Source of the DNA: a virus
Length of the DNA: 64,000 nt
Strand: one strand, 5' to 3'
IMG/VR virus record: IMGVR_UViG_3300032213_003144
Span: 1-64,000 of that record
This document shows, one piece after another, positions 37,545-47,284 of the stretch; within the stretch, counting starts at the first letter, position 1; every line of letters begins with the position of its first letter. Both the position numbers and the translations under genes were made by a program. The notes under the pieces were generated by a model. The model had not been told where the DNA came from, made no database searches, and saw only the letters and a program-made list of their open reading frames with translations.

Positions 37545-37879
37545 TCGCGGCTAACTAGCCAGGCCTGAAATATCTCGTCATTCAACGGCATAAACCAAAG
37601 TTGTGAAGCATCTGGGTTCTTCATGTCACCAACAAGCGTCCAGCAAATTTCTAGTTCTTTATCGGCGTAGCACATGCCACCGTTACACTCCATCCCATAG
37701 CGGGTTATAAACCATCTAACGATACATTCGTTGTCTTCTGTCTTGCATTCTCCGGAGTCCTGATGGGGGCATAATATCTCTGAAACTTCTAGTTCCGACT
37801 TGTTTATCCGCAAGACTATTTTGTGTTTATCGTTATGCCAAATCTGTTCTGTTTCTGATTGCTTTTTTGACATCATCAC
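37541..37879 (-). CDS. hypothetical protein
   Basis: Cys-containing ORF; start approximate. Confidence 0.6.
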   Translation of the reverse strand: MMMSKKQSETEQIWHNDKHKIVLRINKSELEVSEILCPHQDSGECKTEDNECIVRWFITRYGMECNGGMCYADKELEICWTLVGDMKNPDASQLWFMPLNDEIFQAWLVSRD

Positions 37880-37985
37880 CTTTGGATAAATTACAAAATC
37901 TATGTACAACTTTAAGCATTGTGGTGCAACAAAAAGGTATCACAAAAACGAGCGAAAATACAGCAAGGCCCTTTGTCTGTAACTA

Positions 37986-38315
37986 TTAAACAGTTTTTGC
38001 TAGGAGTCTTTCATCTATATCTAGAAGAACTTGGGCCCACTTATCGTCATAATTCCGTGAGAATAATGAAACCTCACCTCGAAGTTTTTCAGTTAGGCCC
38101 TTTTCGCATAGTTCCAAGAACATCTCAAAAAATGCTTCACTGTTGGTTCTAAGGTGAACTGTTTTTTGAGTGAGTGGATTGTTGATGTATACGTAGTCAG
38201 CATTGAATAGTGGGGTGATTATGTTGTAGTTCGAGTGCATTGCTGACTGTATTGCTATCTCTTCTGGAGACCGCTTATCGACAATTGCCACTTTCTTCTT
38301 TACTGGTCGGCTCAT
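37986..38315 (-). CDS. hypothetical protein
   Basis: Coupled minus-strand ORF. Confidence 0.65.
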   Translation of the reverse strand: MSRPVKKKVAIVDKRSPEEIAIQSAMHSNYNIITPLFNADYVYINNPLTQKTVHLRTNSEAFFEMFLELCEKGLTEKLRGEVSLFSRNYDDKWAQVLLDIDERLLAKTV

Positions 38316-38569
38316 CTTTTGTTCTTTTTCTTCTTTTCATAATGGCTCGGCTTGAATAAATCGACCCACTCATGTTCCCCAATGTGATTGTCTAGCTTTT
38401 GCGATATGGTATCAACGTCATCATCAATGCCTCTTATGTCTTCGCGTATGGCGTTTAGTGTCTCTTTGACAACCCCATGGTCTTTTATGTTTTCTCGTCG
38501 ACCTTTTTCAATAAGTAAAGCGAGCACACTGAATGCTCCAGTTACTGCGGCTGCCCAGACAATCTCCAT
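38312..38569 (-). CDS. lysis-associated membrane protein (holin-like)
   Basis: N-terminal TM plus coiled coil, directly after the endolysin. Confidence 0.6.
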   Translation of the reverse strand: MEIVWAAAVTGAFSVLALLIEKGRRENIKDHGVVKETLNAIREDIRGIDDDVDTISQKLDNHIGEHEWVDLFKPSHYEKKKKNKR

Positions 38570-39318
38570 TAGAGGCCAAGCAATTCTTTTACTTTTGGAC
38601 CAACCACAGAGTCTGCTGCAAGCTTGTTCGCAACCTTAAATGCTTTTATTGCTGCGTCTGTTGCTGCGTCTTTCTGACCGTTGATTTCACCCTTATAGAA
38701 CCCCTTAGCCTTCAGGGCCTCTTGTAGAGCTTTGTGGTCGCTTGCTGCTGGTACCGCACTTGCAGCAGCCACCGGTGCGGCACCACCAATGAATGCCATA
38801 ACGGCTGGTGTTGGCTTGTCGCCAGTAACTAGACGAATGTGCCATGGCTCGCTTGGAACAACTTCCCAACTGAAACCAAAATCTTTAACGTTTGCGATGA
38901 GCCAGTTCAATCTCTTTGGCTCTGACGCGCTAGAAATATCAATGGCCAAACCGAGATTATGGTTCGACTTACCCGGTGTCGCCAGCATGGCCATACCTTT
39001 TTTCAGGTACCAGGTTTTTCCTTCAAACGTCTTCGTGCTTGTTCCTGCAACTGGTTCCAAAACGTAGCGCTGCTTGAAGCCCGCCAGTTGGCTCTCGTAT
39101 GTGCGATACAAATCGCCGGAACTCGTGGGTTTAAGTTCGACTCCATCTGCTTTGGCTTTTGCGACCATTGCGTTCCAAGCGTCTGCGGCTCGGTGGTGGA
39201 GTTTTCCTCCGGTTGGTATTGCTCTGAGCAATGATTCAGGCAGTTTTCCAGGCGTAACTCCTTTTAGGTCAGCGGGCATAATCATTGGAACAATATAATC
39301 CCAGGCAACTTTACTCAT
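38569..39318 (-). CDS. endolysin: M15 (VanY-like) peptidase plus peptidoglycan-binding domain
   Basis: YRTYESQ, ATPGKSNHNLGLAID and EPWH motifs; C-terminal LQEALKAKGFYKG.I.G..T..AIKAFK. Confidence 0.85.
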   Translation of the reverse strand: MSKVAWDYIVPMIMPADLKGVTPGKLPESLLRAIPTGGKLHHRAADAWNAMVAKAKADGVELKPTSSGDLYRTYESQLAGFKQRYVLEPVAGTSTKTFEGKTWYLKKGMAMLATPGKSNHNLGLAIDISSASEPKRLNWLIANVKDFGFSWEVVPSEPWHIRLVTGDKPTPAVMAFIGGAAPVAAASAVPAASDHKALQEALKAKGFYKGEINGQKDAATDAAIKAFKVANKLAADSVVGPKVKELLGL

Positions 39319-39402
39319 GTTAAGAAATCTCCAGAGTTAGGAGCGCATATATTCGGCGCTAATAGATTTTACAACATGAATACACTAATCATTGTGTACT
39401 AA

Positions 39403-42400
39403 CTAATCAGAGTCAGGTTCTTTCATGTGTAGATACATGGAACCAGCAAACGCGAGCAAGGTTCCCCAGAGGGCAATTTGTTGCGTTAGTCCAGAAAGAG
39501 TGAAGTACATGACCGTTGCACCGGCAAGTGTGAACCCAGATGCCATAATTCCGTAAACAAACTTTCTTGTAAAGTTCTTCCAGTCCATAACTCTCACTCC
39601 ATCCTCATATTTGTAAATAGATATCCGCTTAATCCAATCTGGGCCTTCGCCTTCGATTGCTCCACCCTCTTCTGTCTCTTCTTCTTCTCTCCGAGCCGCG
39701 ACATCTTGTCGTGGTGCAGAAGGTGCAGAAGGTCCAGGGGTTGGTATTCCACCAGCAGCAGTAGCAAGAGCCACAGTACTGGTCACCAAGTTTACCGCAA
39801 TTACACTTCGTCTCGTACCAACATCTATAGAAGAACCGAGTGCGACATACGTATCGAACACGCCGGCGAACACATTTATCTCTTCTTCAAATGATTCCTT
39901 TACATCGGTTGGTGCGTCGGTGAGTGCTTCTGAAATTGCGGCACCAGCTTCTTCTGAAACCTCAGCAACAACAATTGCGTTAAACACTGCGGATGCTTGT
40001 TCTCCGTCAATGCTTTCAAGAACCTTGGCGCTTGTTGCAAGTTCGGTTGCTTGACCCGACTCAATTCCACCCTCTTGCTCAATCACCAATGTGACGACTT
40101 GTGCAACTTGCTCACCCGTAATCGTGTCTGATTCAAGGACATCCACGATGACTCTGACTGATTCGGCATTCAGTTCGCCATCTAATACAGCGGTAAAAGT
40201 TTCAATCAAAACCTCAGTGCTTACTTCTTCATCAAAGACTGCGCCAAGAGCAGCGCCTAGATTCTCTGCGGTTAGACCGTCCTTCAACACATCAACGATG
40301 AGGTCAATGGTTTCTGCATCCGATAGGTCGCTGTCAAAAACATTGTCAAATACCGCTTCTGCTTCTGACGCGCTCAAGTTTGTTTCAAGCAAGTCTCCAA
40401 GCACTGTCTTGGTGTCCTCAACGGAAATGTCTTCGTCAAATACTGCACCCATGACTTTTGATATGTCTGCACCACTTGCTGGACCATCAAAGATTGAACT
40501 GAGTGCGGAAACCATGGCTTCTGGGGATGTTGTTTCTGAGAATGCGGCATCAAGAACTTTGTCAAACTCTTTGTCGCTAAGGTCGGCACCAAGCATTGTT
40601 GTTAGTGCTTCAGTGAAAACTTCACTAGAGACATCTTCCGAGAAAACTGCATCAAGAACTTTTGTGAATTCTTTATCGGTCAAGTCTGCCTCTAGGAAAG
40701 AATCAATAACGGCACCAACATCTGCGCCGGGTTCTTCAAGTGAACCAAGGGCCGCGTCTACCACTGCGTCAAACTGTTTTGGTGTTAAGTCGGCATCAAG
40801 GAGTCCATCAAGTACGGCAGTCACTTCTTCCGATGATGCATCTGGGGTGAAGGCATTATCCAAAATACCTGCAAGGTCACCTGTGGATATTGCTTCTCCT
40901 GCATCTGGGAGGGTAACCTCATCTGATGGAATTATTACTACTACCGTTTCGGGTTCTGTTCCAACTGGTGGAATTACTATTCCTGGCAGTGCGGTTTCTG
41001 GTTCTGTTCCTACGGGAAGCGTCACCGTTGTGGATTCTGTTTCAGGCTCTGGCAATTGCGGCAGTGGCACTGTTGTATCGTCTGGGGGAGTCACGACGAC
41101 AGGAGAGACGCTTGTACTGGTCGTCCCAGTATCAACAGGTGGAATAATAACAACAACTGGCGGTACATAAACGGTAGTTGTAGTTGTAGTTGGAACAGTA
41201 GTGGTAGTCGTAGTACTGGTAGTACTGGTTGTACTGGTTGTAGTAGTAGAAGAAGTAGTTGTAGTGGTTGTGGTAATTGTGTTACCAGACTCCGCATACC
41301 CAGAGCCCGAGAAATTGTTTGTGTTGGCAGAAGTATTACCAAATGTATTTCCACTGGCTGTAGAGAACGAGTTCGCACTTACTCCGTTGTATACCGAAGA
41401 GCCGGTATTCCAATTGTTGGCAAACTGAATAGCAGTCGTATTGCCATTGAATGTATTACCTGAAACCGTTTGGTTGCCAGCACCAACCGCCCAACCCGTC
41501 GGAATCCATGAAGAGAAATACACGCCTGTACCATTTGAAGTAAATGTTGAGTTAGTTACCTGCTGACGGTTAAGACCGCCTAGTTCTGCACCAACCTGTG
41601 TGTTGCTAATAAATTGGGTGTTGTTTATTTTGAAGAATCTTTCTCCAGATATTCCATAAGTATTATTAGAAAAAACCGAATCATAAACATATGTGCGGTT
41701 TGTGTAATCGGAATCCGTTTGGCTTAAAGCCGATGGCGTCGAACCATAGTCTCCAGCAATACCGACATATAGATAATCAAATGTTGTATCCGTGAGGGTA
41801 GAGACAGAACCTCCTCCATTATTAAACACGGCAGAGCCTGCTGTCATTCCCGTGAAGCGAACATCGGTTGCAGAGAAGGTGCCTGCACCGTTATTCACAA
41901 GACCGCCGTTTGTGGCTTGCCCTTTTTTTAGTGTCATGTCCGAAATCGTCAACGACTTACCAGATGAGATATTGAATGGGCGATACAAATTGTTGCCATC
42001 AATAATGGTGGAAGTTAAACCAGCACCAGTGATTGTCAAGTTGTCCGAAATTGCAGGCAGAGCAGAAGTAAGCGTGATTGTTCCGGTGTTGCCTGAAGCA
42101 AAAGTAATGGTATTAATAGTGGCTGAAGCGTTCGCCGTAGTAATAGCCCAACGCAAAGAGCCCGAGCCCGAAGTATCTAAAAGATTTGTAACAATGACAG
42201 ATGTTGGGGCAGGAACCGTGATGGACGCAGCCGAGTTTGCCGTTAGTGACCCAATTGAGTTTGTTTTAGTTACGCGGACTCGTATTTGTTTCGCAACATC
42301 ATCTGAACCAACCGCATATGTTGAGGATGTTGCGCCAGATATATTTGTCCAAGTACACGAAGAAGGAGTACAGGATTGCCACTGATAGGTTGTCGCAGTT

Positions 42401-43578
42401 ACAGCAGACCCACCGTCACCCCAAGTTCCATCAACTGCGGTCAGAGTTTCCCCATAAGCAACAGTTCCAGACATTGATGTTCCACCAGATGTTGTTGGAG
42501 CCGTAGACCCTGCAAGGAGAGTAAACGACCGACTTACCGTGGCTGCTGCTACATATGAGTTATTAGAAGCACTATTCGTGGAGATGGTGCAAGTTCCTGT
42601 TTGACTAGCCAACACCGTCACTGTTGCAGTTGAAGTTCCACCGCTATCTGTTGATGAACCAACGGTGCACTTGTTTGTAGTGCTGGATGTAAAAGTAACC
42701 GACAACCCAGAAGTAGCAGTGGCTGAGACAGTAAATGTTTGGTTTGATGAAGATGTAACTATGTCGGCAGGCTGAGCAAAAGTAATACTGTTTGCGCTGG
42801 CTACGGATATTGCTGAGTCAATATACATTGACGCACCAAGGGCTTGACCGCCAGTTGCATCATAGGAACCATTCACAAACCTGAATCTGTAATAACCAGT
42901 AGATGGAACTATTCCGCTAGAAGTGACCCATGATTGGTTTTGCCCACGTCCGTATGAAACCAAAGTTGAGGTAGCACTAGAGCCATAGTCGTATGTGTTT
43001 CCACTTGCCGAAACCTGAACCAAGTATCCGTATGCTTCGTAGTCGTCACCACCACCAGCTGCGGCCCAGTCAAAAGAAATTGATTGATTCGCTGTGGCGG
43101 GAAACGGCTGGGTCCATATTTCTGGTCCAAACGCCGAACCGTATGTTCCATGATTATTACAAGTATTGGCATAGGAAATAACGCCAGAAGAGAAGAGACG
43201 AATTACTCCACTACGTCCGCCATATGCTTCTCCTGTAGATGTTGAGTAGGACAAGTTCTGGGTAGTCGCTTCTTGGCCTTCGTACAACTGCTGTTCTCGC
43301 GTGTAGTTCTTGTCGGTTACATAGGAATATGAACTATTGGAGGTGGCATCGGTGCCAGTCATTGTGTATGGCCCAATCCCTTGCTTGCCTAGAACCGCAC
43401 ATTGGGTTCGGCTTGCCAATGAACCTAGGGTTACCTTTGCTGCCGCAGTTGACTCAAAAACAGGCGACAATGCCTTAACTGGCGAAGAGAAGCCAAAAAT
43501 CGATACCAGTAAGAGGAATACCGAAGGCACAGCCATGATGGCTGCGGGTTTATTAATCCGGCGACGCCGTACGAACAT
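39403..43578 (-). CDS. large exported, membrane-anchored multi-domain protein
   Basis: Signal peptide, Ig-like and beta-helix segments (SGSLRWAI motif), Thr/Pro linker, acidic helical repeats, two C-terminal TM helices. Confidence 0.8.
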   Translation of the reverse strand: MFVRRRRINKPAAIMAVPSVFLLLVSIFGFSSPVKALSPVFESTAAAKVTLGSLASRTQCAVLGKQGIGPYTMTGTDATSNSSYSYVTDKNYTREQQLYEGQEATTQNLSYSTSTGEAYGGRSGVIRLFSSGVISYANTCNNHGTYGSAFGPEIWTQPFPATANQSISFDWAAAGGGDDYEAYGYLVQVSASGNTYDYGSSATSTLVSYGRGQNQSWVTSSGIVPSTGYYRFRFVNGSYDATGGQALGASMYIDSAISVASANSITFAQPADIVTSSSNQTFTVSATATSGLSVTFTSSTTNKCTVGSSTDSGGTSTATVTVLASQTGTCTISTNSASNNSYVAAATVSRSFTLLAGSTAPTTSGGTSMSGTVAYGETLTAVDGTWGDGGSAVTATTYQWQSCTPSSCTWTNISGATSSTYAVGSDDVAKQIRVRVTKTNSIGSLTANSAASITVPAPTSVIVTNLLDTSGSGSLRWAITTANASATINTITFASGNTGTITLTSALPAISDNLTITGAGLTSTIIDGNNLYRPFNISSGKSLTISDMTLKKGQATNGGLVNNGAGTFSATDVRFTGMTAGSAVFNNGGGSVSTLTDTTFDYLYVGIAGDYGSTPSALSQTDSDYTNRTYVYDSVFSNNTYGISGERFFKINNTQFISNTQVGAELGGLNRQQVTNSTFTSNGTGVYFSSWIPTGWAVGAGNQTVSGNTFNGNTTAIQFANNWNTGSSVYNGVSANSFSTASGNTFGNTSANTNNFSGSGYAESGNTITTTTTTTSSTTTTSTTSTTSTTTTTTVPTTTTTTVYVPPVVVIIPPVDTGTTSTSVSPVVVTPPDDTTVPLPQLPEPETESTTVTLPVGTEPETALPGIVIPPVGTEPETVVVIIPSDEVTLPDAGEAISTGDLAGILDNAFTPDASSEEVTAVLDGLLDADLTPKQFDAVVDAALGSLEEPGADVGAVIDSFLEADLTDKEFTKVLDAVFSEDVSSEVFTEALTTMLGADLSDKEFDKVLDAAFSETTSPEAMVSALSSIFDGPASGADISKVMGAVFDEDISVEDTKTVLGDLLETNLSASEAEAVFDNVFDSDLSDAETIDLIVDVLKDGLTAENLGAALGAVFDEEVSTEVLIETFTAVLDGELNAESVRVIVDVLESDTITGEQVAQVVTLVIEQEGGIESGQATELATSAKVLESIDGEQASAVFNAIVVAEVSEEAGAAISEALTDAPTDVKESFEEEINVFAGVFDTYVALGSSIDVGTRRSVIAVNLVTSTVALATAAGGIPTPGPSAPSAPRQDVAARREEEETEEGGAIEGEGPDWIKRISIYKYEDGVRVMDWKNFTRKFVYGIMASGFTLAGATVMYFTLSGLTQQIALWGTLLAFAGSMYLHMKEPDSD

Positions 43579-43659
43579 GGGGCCTCCTTAAAAAAGACCT
43601 CCAATTCTACCATTTAGAAATTATTCAACTGATGAATTTTCGTGATGTAATATGTTGGT

Positions 43660-44538
43660 ATGGCGTACAACAAATTTGAGACAATTCTCCCTATGTCCAT
43701 ATACGACATATCCCTGCAGTCTGCCAATGGCAAAGATAGCGATATTCTGTCAATCAGGAAAGGGAAAGTCACGCTTATATTCAATGTCGCTGCAGGATGT
43801 GGGAACATCCCACAGCACTCAGTTATTGAAGAGCTAAATCAAAAATACAAGAACGAAGATGACTTTGGGATAATTGCTGTAGTTGTTGATGACTTCACCT
43901 GCCACGGATACCCAGAATTCCAAGACGGGATTAAGAAGTACATCGAAGTAAATAATCTAGAACTAACCCCAGGTCAAGTGTCCCAGAAATATGCCGTCGA
44001 CCACTTCGGCGTTACTTATGATTTTTCGGAGTTGACAAACGGAAGATACGACAAGCACAGGTATGACCCAAGTTTCGTGCCCGGTTTAGTAAAAGAACAA
44101 GAACAGCACACCCTTTGGCATTACCTTACTGGAGCACATGAAGCCGACTTAAACGAAAATGGAGTTCCATATCACGACGAAGAAGTCCCATGGTCTGACA
44201 TCGAGCCAATAGACACCTGGGGCAAGAAGACGTTTACGCCACTAAGGGGAAATTTTGAAAAGTTTTTAATTGATAGAACTGGGACAAAAGTTAAAAGATA
44301 TGCAAACGGATTCCTGCTTGGGGAAAGGGACTATATCGGTGCAACATTTCCCTGGGTTGAAGAAAAATATCAAGAAAACGGTAAGAGGGATTGGAATCCA
44401 GTTAATACCAAAAAAGAAAATCAGGAACCAACTCCAAAAGGCCAGAAAACAAGCTGGCCCACAAAAGAGCAGAGAATGGGTATGGACGTTTCGCTTAAAT
44501 CAATTAGCGAAGATATCGATGAGTATTTAGGAAAATAA
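43660..44538 (+). CDS. glutathione peroxidase-like protein
   Basis: KGKVTLIFNVAAGCG..PQ...EL..KY and NFEKFLIDR.G motifs. Confidence 0.75.
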   Translation: MAYNKFETILPMSIYDISLQSANGKDSDILSIRKGKVTLIFNVAAGCGNIPQHSVIEELNQKYKNEDDFGIIAVVVDDFTCHGYPEFQDGIKKYIEVNNLELTPGQVSQKYAVDHFGVTYDFSELTNGRYDKHRYDPSFVPGLVKEQEQHTLWHYLTGAHEADLNENGVPYHDEEVPWSDIEPIDTWGKKTFTPLRGNFEKFLIDRTGTKVKRYANGFLLGERDYIGATFPWVEEKYQENGKRDWNPVNTKKENQEPTPKGQKTSWPTKEQRMGMDVSLKSISEDIDEYLGK

Positions 44539-44547
44539 ACTAAAGTT

Positions 44548-45420
44548 TTAATTATTTTTAAAATAACTAACAGACCTGCTTATTCCTTCTTCAAGAGTTA
44601 TCTTGGGGGTGTAGAAAGACAACATCTTCGTAGGGTCGCAAACGCGATATTGAACGCCTTCCGGTGCTTCAATTATTCTTTCGAACTCAGGAGAATAACC
44701 GCATTCATTTGCCACCAAAGTTGCTAAGTCATTAAATGAAGTAACTCGTCCAAGCCCTAAATTCACTGGACCCTGTATGTCTTGTCGAACGGCTTCTAGT
44801 GTTGCAGCGACCACATCTTCCATATGTATGAAGTCTCTAACCTGATTTCCTGAACCCCAAATCTTGAACGGATTTGCTTTTTCAACACCACGCTTAATAA
44901 ACGATGGGAAAGGATAATCCAGCGATTGGTCCTCTCCGTATCCAGAAAACGGACGGAACACATGGACTCTTAGTCCTTCTTTTTCTGCATAACCAGCGAG
45001 CATCTCTCCGGTGAGTTTTGCCCAACCGTATGTGTAGTCGGGGGATTGAATATTATTTAAGTCAATATCCGACTCAGTGAGATGGTGGGTAGAACCATAA
45101 TCTTGCAATTTGATTGGATAGGCAGCCGAAGAAGAGTAATAAATAATCCTTCCTGGTTTTGTTCTCAGCGCCCACTGAAATAGCTCAGAATCAATCGCTA
45201 GGTCGACTGCAACCGATAATGGCTCACCCTCAATTGTTGCTCTTCCCCCAACTATTGCGGCCAAATGAACCACTAGGTCAAAGTTAGTTTCGTCTGTTGC
45301 AAAAAATTTACGGGCGTCTATTCCGTTTTTTATATCCAAGCCCGTTATGTCGTGACCATCAAGTGCTTTGTGGAAATATCCCCCCACAAAACCAGCGTCG
45401 CCAGTGATAAGAATTTTCAT
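44548..45420 (-). CDS. NAD-dependent epimerase/dehydratase
   Basis: ITGDAGFVG, HLAA, YGWAK, GSGNQVRDFIH. Confidence 0.9.
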   Translation of the reverse strand: MKILITGDAGFVGGYFHKALDGHDITGLDIKNGIDARKFFATDETNFDLVVHLAAIVGGRATIEGEPLSVAVDLAIDSELFQWALRTKPGRIIYYSSSAAYPIKLQDYGSTHHLTESDIDLNNIQSPDYTYGWAKLTGEMLAGYAEKEGLRVHVFRPFSGYGEDQSLDYPFPSFIKRGVEKANPFKIWGSGNQVRDFIHMEDVVAATLEAVRQDIQGPVNLGLGRVTSFNDLATLVANECGYSPEFERIIEAPEGVQYRVCDPTKMLSFYTPKITLEEGISRSVSYFKNN

Positions 45421-46004
45421 GAGTTTAAAGACTCACATAATGCTACTTGGAACATGCCAGGCGTTTCGTGGCTGACAACTTTCCATCCATTCGATTCAAG
45501 CATTCGAGCGTATCCTTCGACGTCCCATGCCCAAGTATGATATCCATAGTGGGCATCAATGGTTTCCGTCCACGGAGAACTAGCAATTAGATACTTGCTT
45601 TTTTTACTAACCATATCGACGAACTGATGTGGTCCTACTAGATGCTCAATCATTTCTGTTGCAATAGCAATATCTGCCCAGTCAATTTGGTCAAATACAT
45701 TTCCATAACGAACGTCTTGATTTCTATCTACCGCTCCAGCAACGTTCGATGGTTGCAAATCATAACCCCATTTTTGAGCTTTGGGAATTTCTGTTAGCAG
45801 CGACAAAAGACCACCGTCACCAGCACCCAGGTCAACAACTGTCAGGTCTGACGACCACACAGACATAGCAAATCGTGCTGCGGTATCCAAACGAGGTCGG
45901 TGCATTTCTTGGTCAACGTGAGGCGCAATCTCCCGGTCTAAATACCATTCTGCAGTGCAATACTCAGGAATTACATCTAATGGGAAAAGTCTGTCTTCTC
46001 TCAT
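45417..46004 (-). CDS. class I SAM-dependent methyltransferase
   Basis: VVDLGAGDG, EMIEHL. Confidence 0.8.
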   Translation of the reverse strand: MREDRLFPLDVIPEYCTAEWYLDREIAPHVDQEMHRPRLDTAARFAMSVWSSDLTVVDLGAGDGGLLSLLTEIPKAQKWGYDLQPSNVAGAVDRNQDVRYGNVFDQIDWADIAIATEMIEHLVGPHQFVDMVSKKSKYLIASSPWTETIDAHYGYHTWAWDVEGYARMLESNGWKVVSHETPGMFQVALCESLNS

Positions 46005-46669
46005 TTTATGTTTCTTAGTTTTTGTAAGTCATCTTGTAGTTGGGTGGCAACATAATTGTGAAATGTTATTTCATCAGCACCCCATACCTCTGGGCTGTTT
46101 GCTTCGGTATACGTGTTATCTGAAAGTGCTTTTTGAAAATTAGGATGCACGTGTTCAATAATCACATCATTAAAATATGTGATGTTTGTTCCACGCCCAA
46201 GCTCCATCCAGAAGTTGTCTAAGAATAAGTGGATGCTTCCCGGAACGCATATGTACCCCAGGGTGTTGACAATATTGGATGTCATTGCGACTGACGTAGC
46301 CAACCCAGCGCCGTGAGCAAGGTCGTTGCCGTAAACCACCCCCACCTTGAGTCTGTCTAATTCGTTAATAAAAGTCTCATCCCACCCTTTAGTGCGAGGC
46401 AGGTGGTCATCCCCCATGAACCCAATATTTCGTGAAGTTGCTGCTATTTCTGGAGCAACAACATTAAGAGTGCCGCCAATTCTGATGCGCGGTCCGACTA
46501 GTATGTCAATATTGGGGATAGAAAGATAGTCGTCAAGTTTCGAGTCGTCATCATCAACGAGTACAAGTAGACGCGTATTGCGTGTGGTTGTCGTACCCCA
46601 TGCGTCTATTAAGCGAATTATGTTTTCAGGTCGTCCACGAGATGGGACGAGTATGGTCATTTCAGACAT
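46001..46669 (-). CDS. glycosyltransferase (GT-A/GT2-like)
   Basis: ILVPSRGRP, VDDDD, MGDDH. Confidence 0.8.
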   Translation of the reverse strand: MSEMTILVPSRGRPENIIRLIDAWGTTTTRNTRLLVLVDDDDSKLDDYLSIPNIDILVGPRIRIGGTLNVVAPEIAATSRNIGFMGDDHLPRTKGWDETFINELDRLKVGVVYGNDLAHGAGLATSVAMTSNIVNTLGYICVPGSIHLFLDNFWMELGRGTNITYFNDVIIEHVHPNFQKALSDNTYTEANSPEVWGADEITFHNYVATQLQDDLQKLRNIK

Positions 46670-46702
46670 TTTAATCCTTGCTCTAATGATTCTATTAACA
46701 TT

Positions 46703-47284
46703 TTACCAGCGACCTGGCAACCCGGACGTATTTGCGTGGTGATGATACCAATTCCATGTTGTGTCAGGAATTGCTAAAAATTTACCGCCAGCATCATAAA
46801 TACTTTTCCAAAATGGAAAATCTTGAATTCCCCAAGCGCCTATATTGCCTTCTTCTGGCATAAACACGGCTTTTGAATCTAAAATTAATGAACGGCGAAC
46901 AATACAAGTAATGGGAAAAATGTGGGGGTCATTTACATCCCATTGACGACCTTTGTGCATAGGGAACGGGTCAGAGCCTCCGATGACATCAAACCAACCC
47001 CACACGACATCCGCCTGATGCTCATTCGCCCTGGTGAGCAAGGTTCCAACATGATGAGGCTGAAACTCATCGTCATCGTCCAAAAAAGCAATCCATTCGC
47101 TATTTGCCATCCTTGTGGCATTGTTTCGGTTTTCCCACGCACCTGCTTTTTTTGTGTCGACCGAAATACAAATTTCGGATACAGGATGTGTTTGTTTTAA
47201 AACGCTTGGAAATGCACGAGTGGTCAACAAATCAGAACGTGTAGGGATGGATGGTATACAAACGGAAACTGTATCCAAAATCAC
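46703..47284 (-). CDS. glycosyltransferase family 2
   Basis: VSVCIPS, RN.A, WIAFLDDDD. Confidence 0.85.
   Translation of the reverse strand: MILDTVSVCIPSIPTRSDLLTTRAFPSVLKQTHPVSEICISVDTKKAGAWENRNNATRMANSEWIAFLDDDDEFQPHHVGTLLTRANEHQADVVWGWFDVIGGSDPFPMHKGRQWDVNDPHIFPITCIVRRSLILDSKAVFMPEEGNIGAWGIQDFPFWKSIYDAGGKFLAIPDTTWNWYHHHANTSGLPGRW

Noticed and set aside
40091-42385. Long plus-strand ORFs (359 aa, 197 aa) and similar shadows at 28497-29303, 57120-57632 and 62105-62803
   Set aside because: They are antisense to well-supported genes and explained by codon bias
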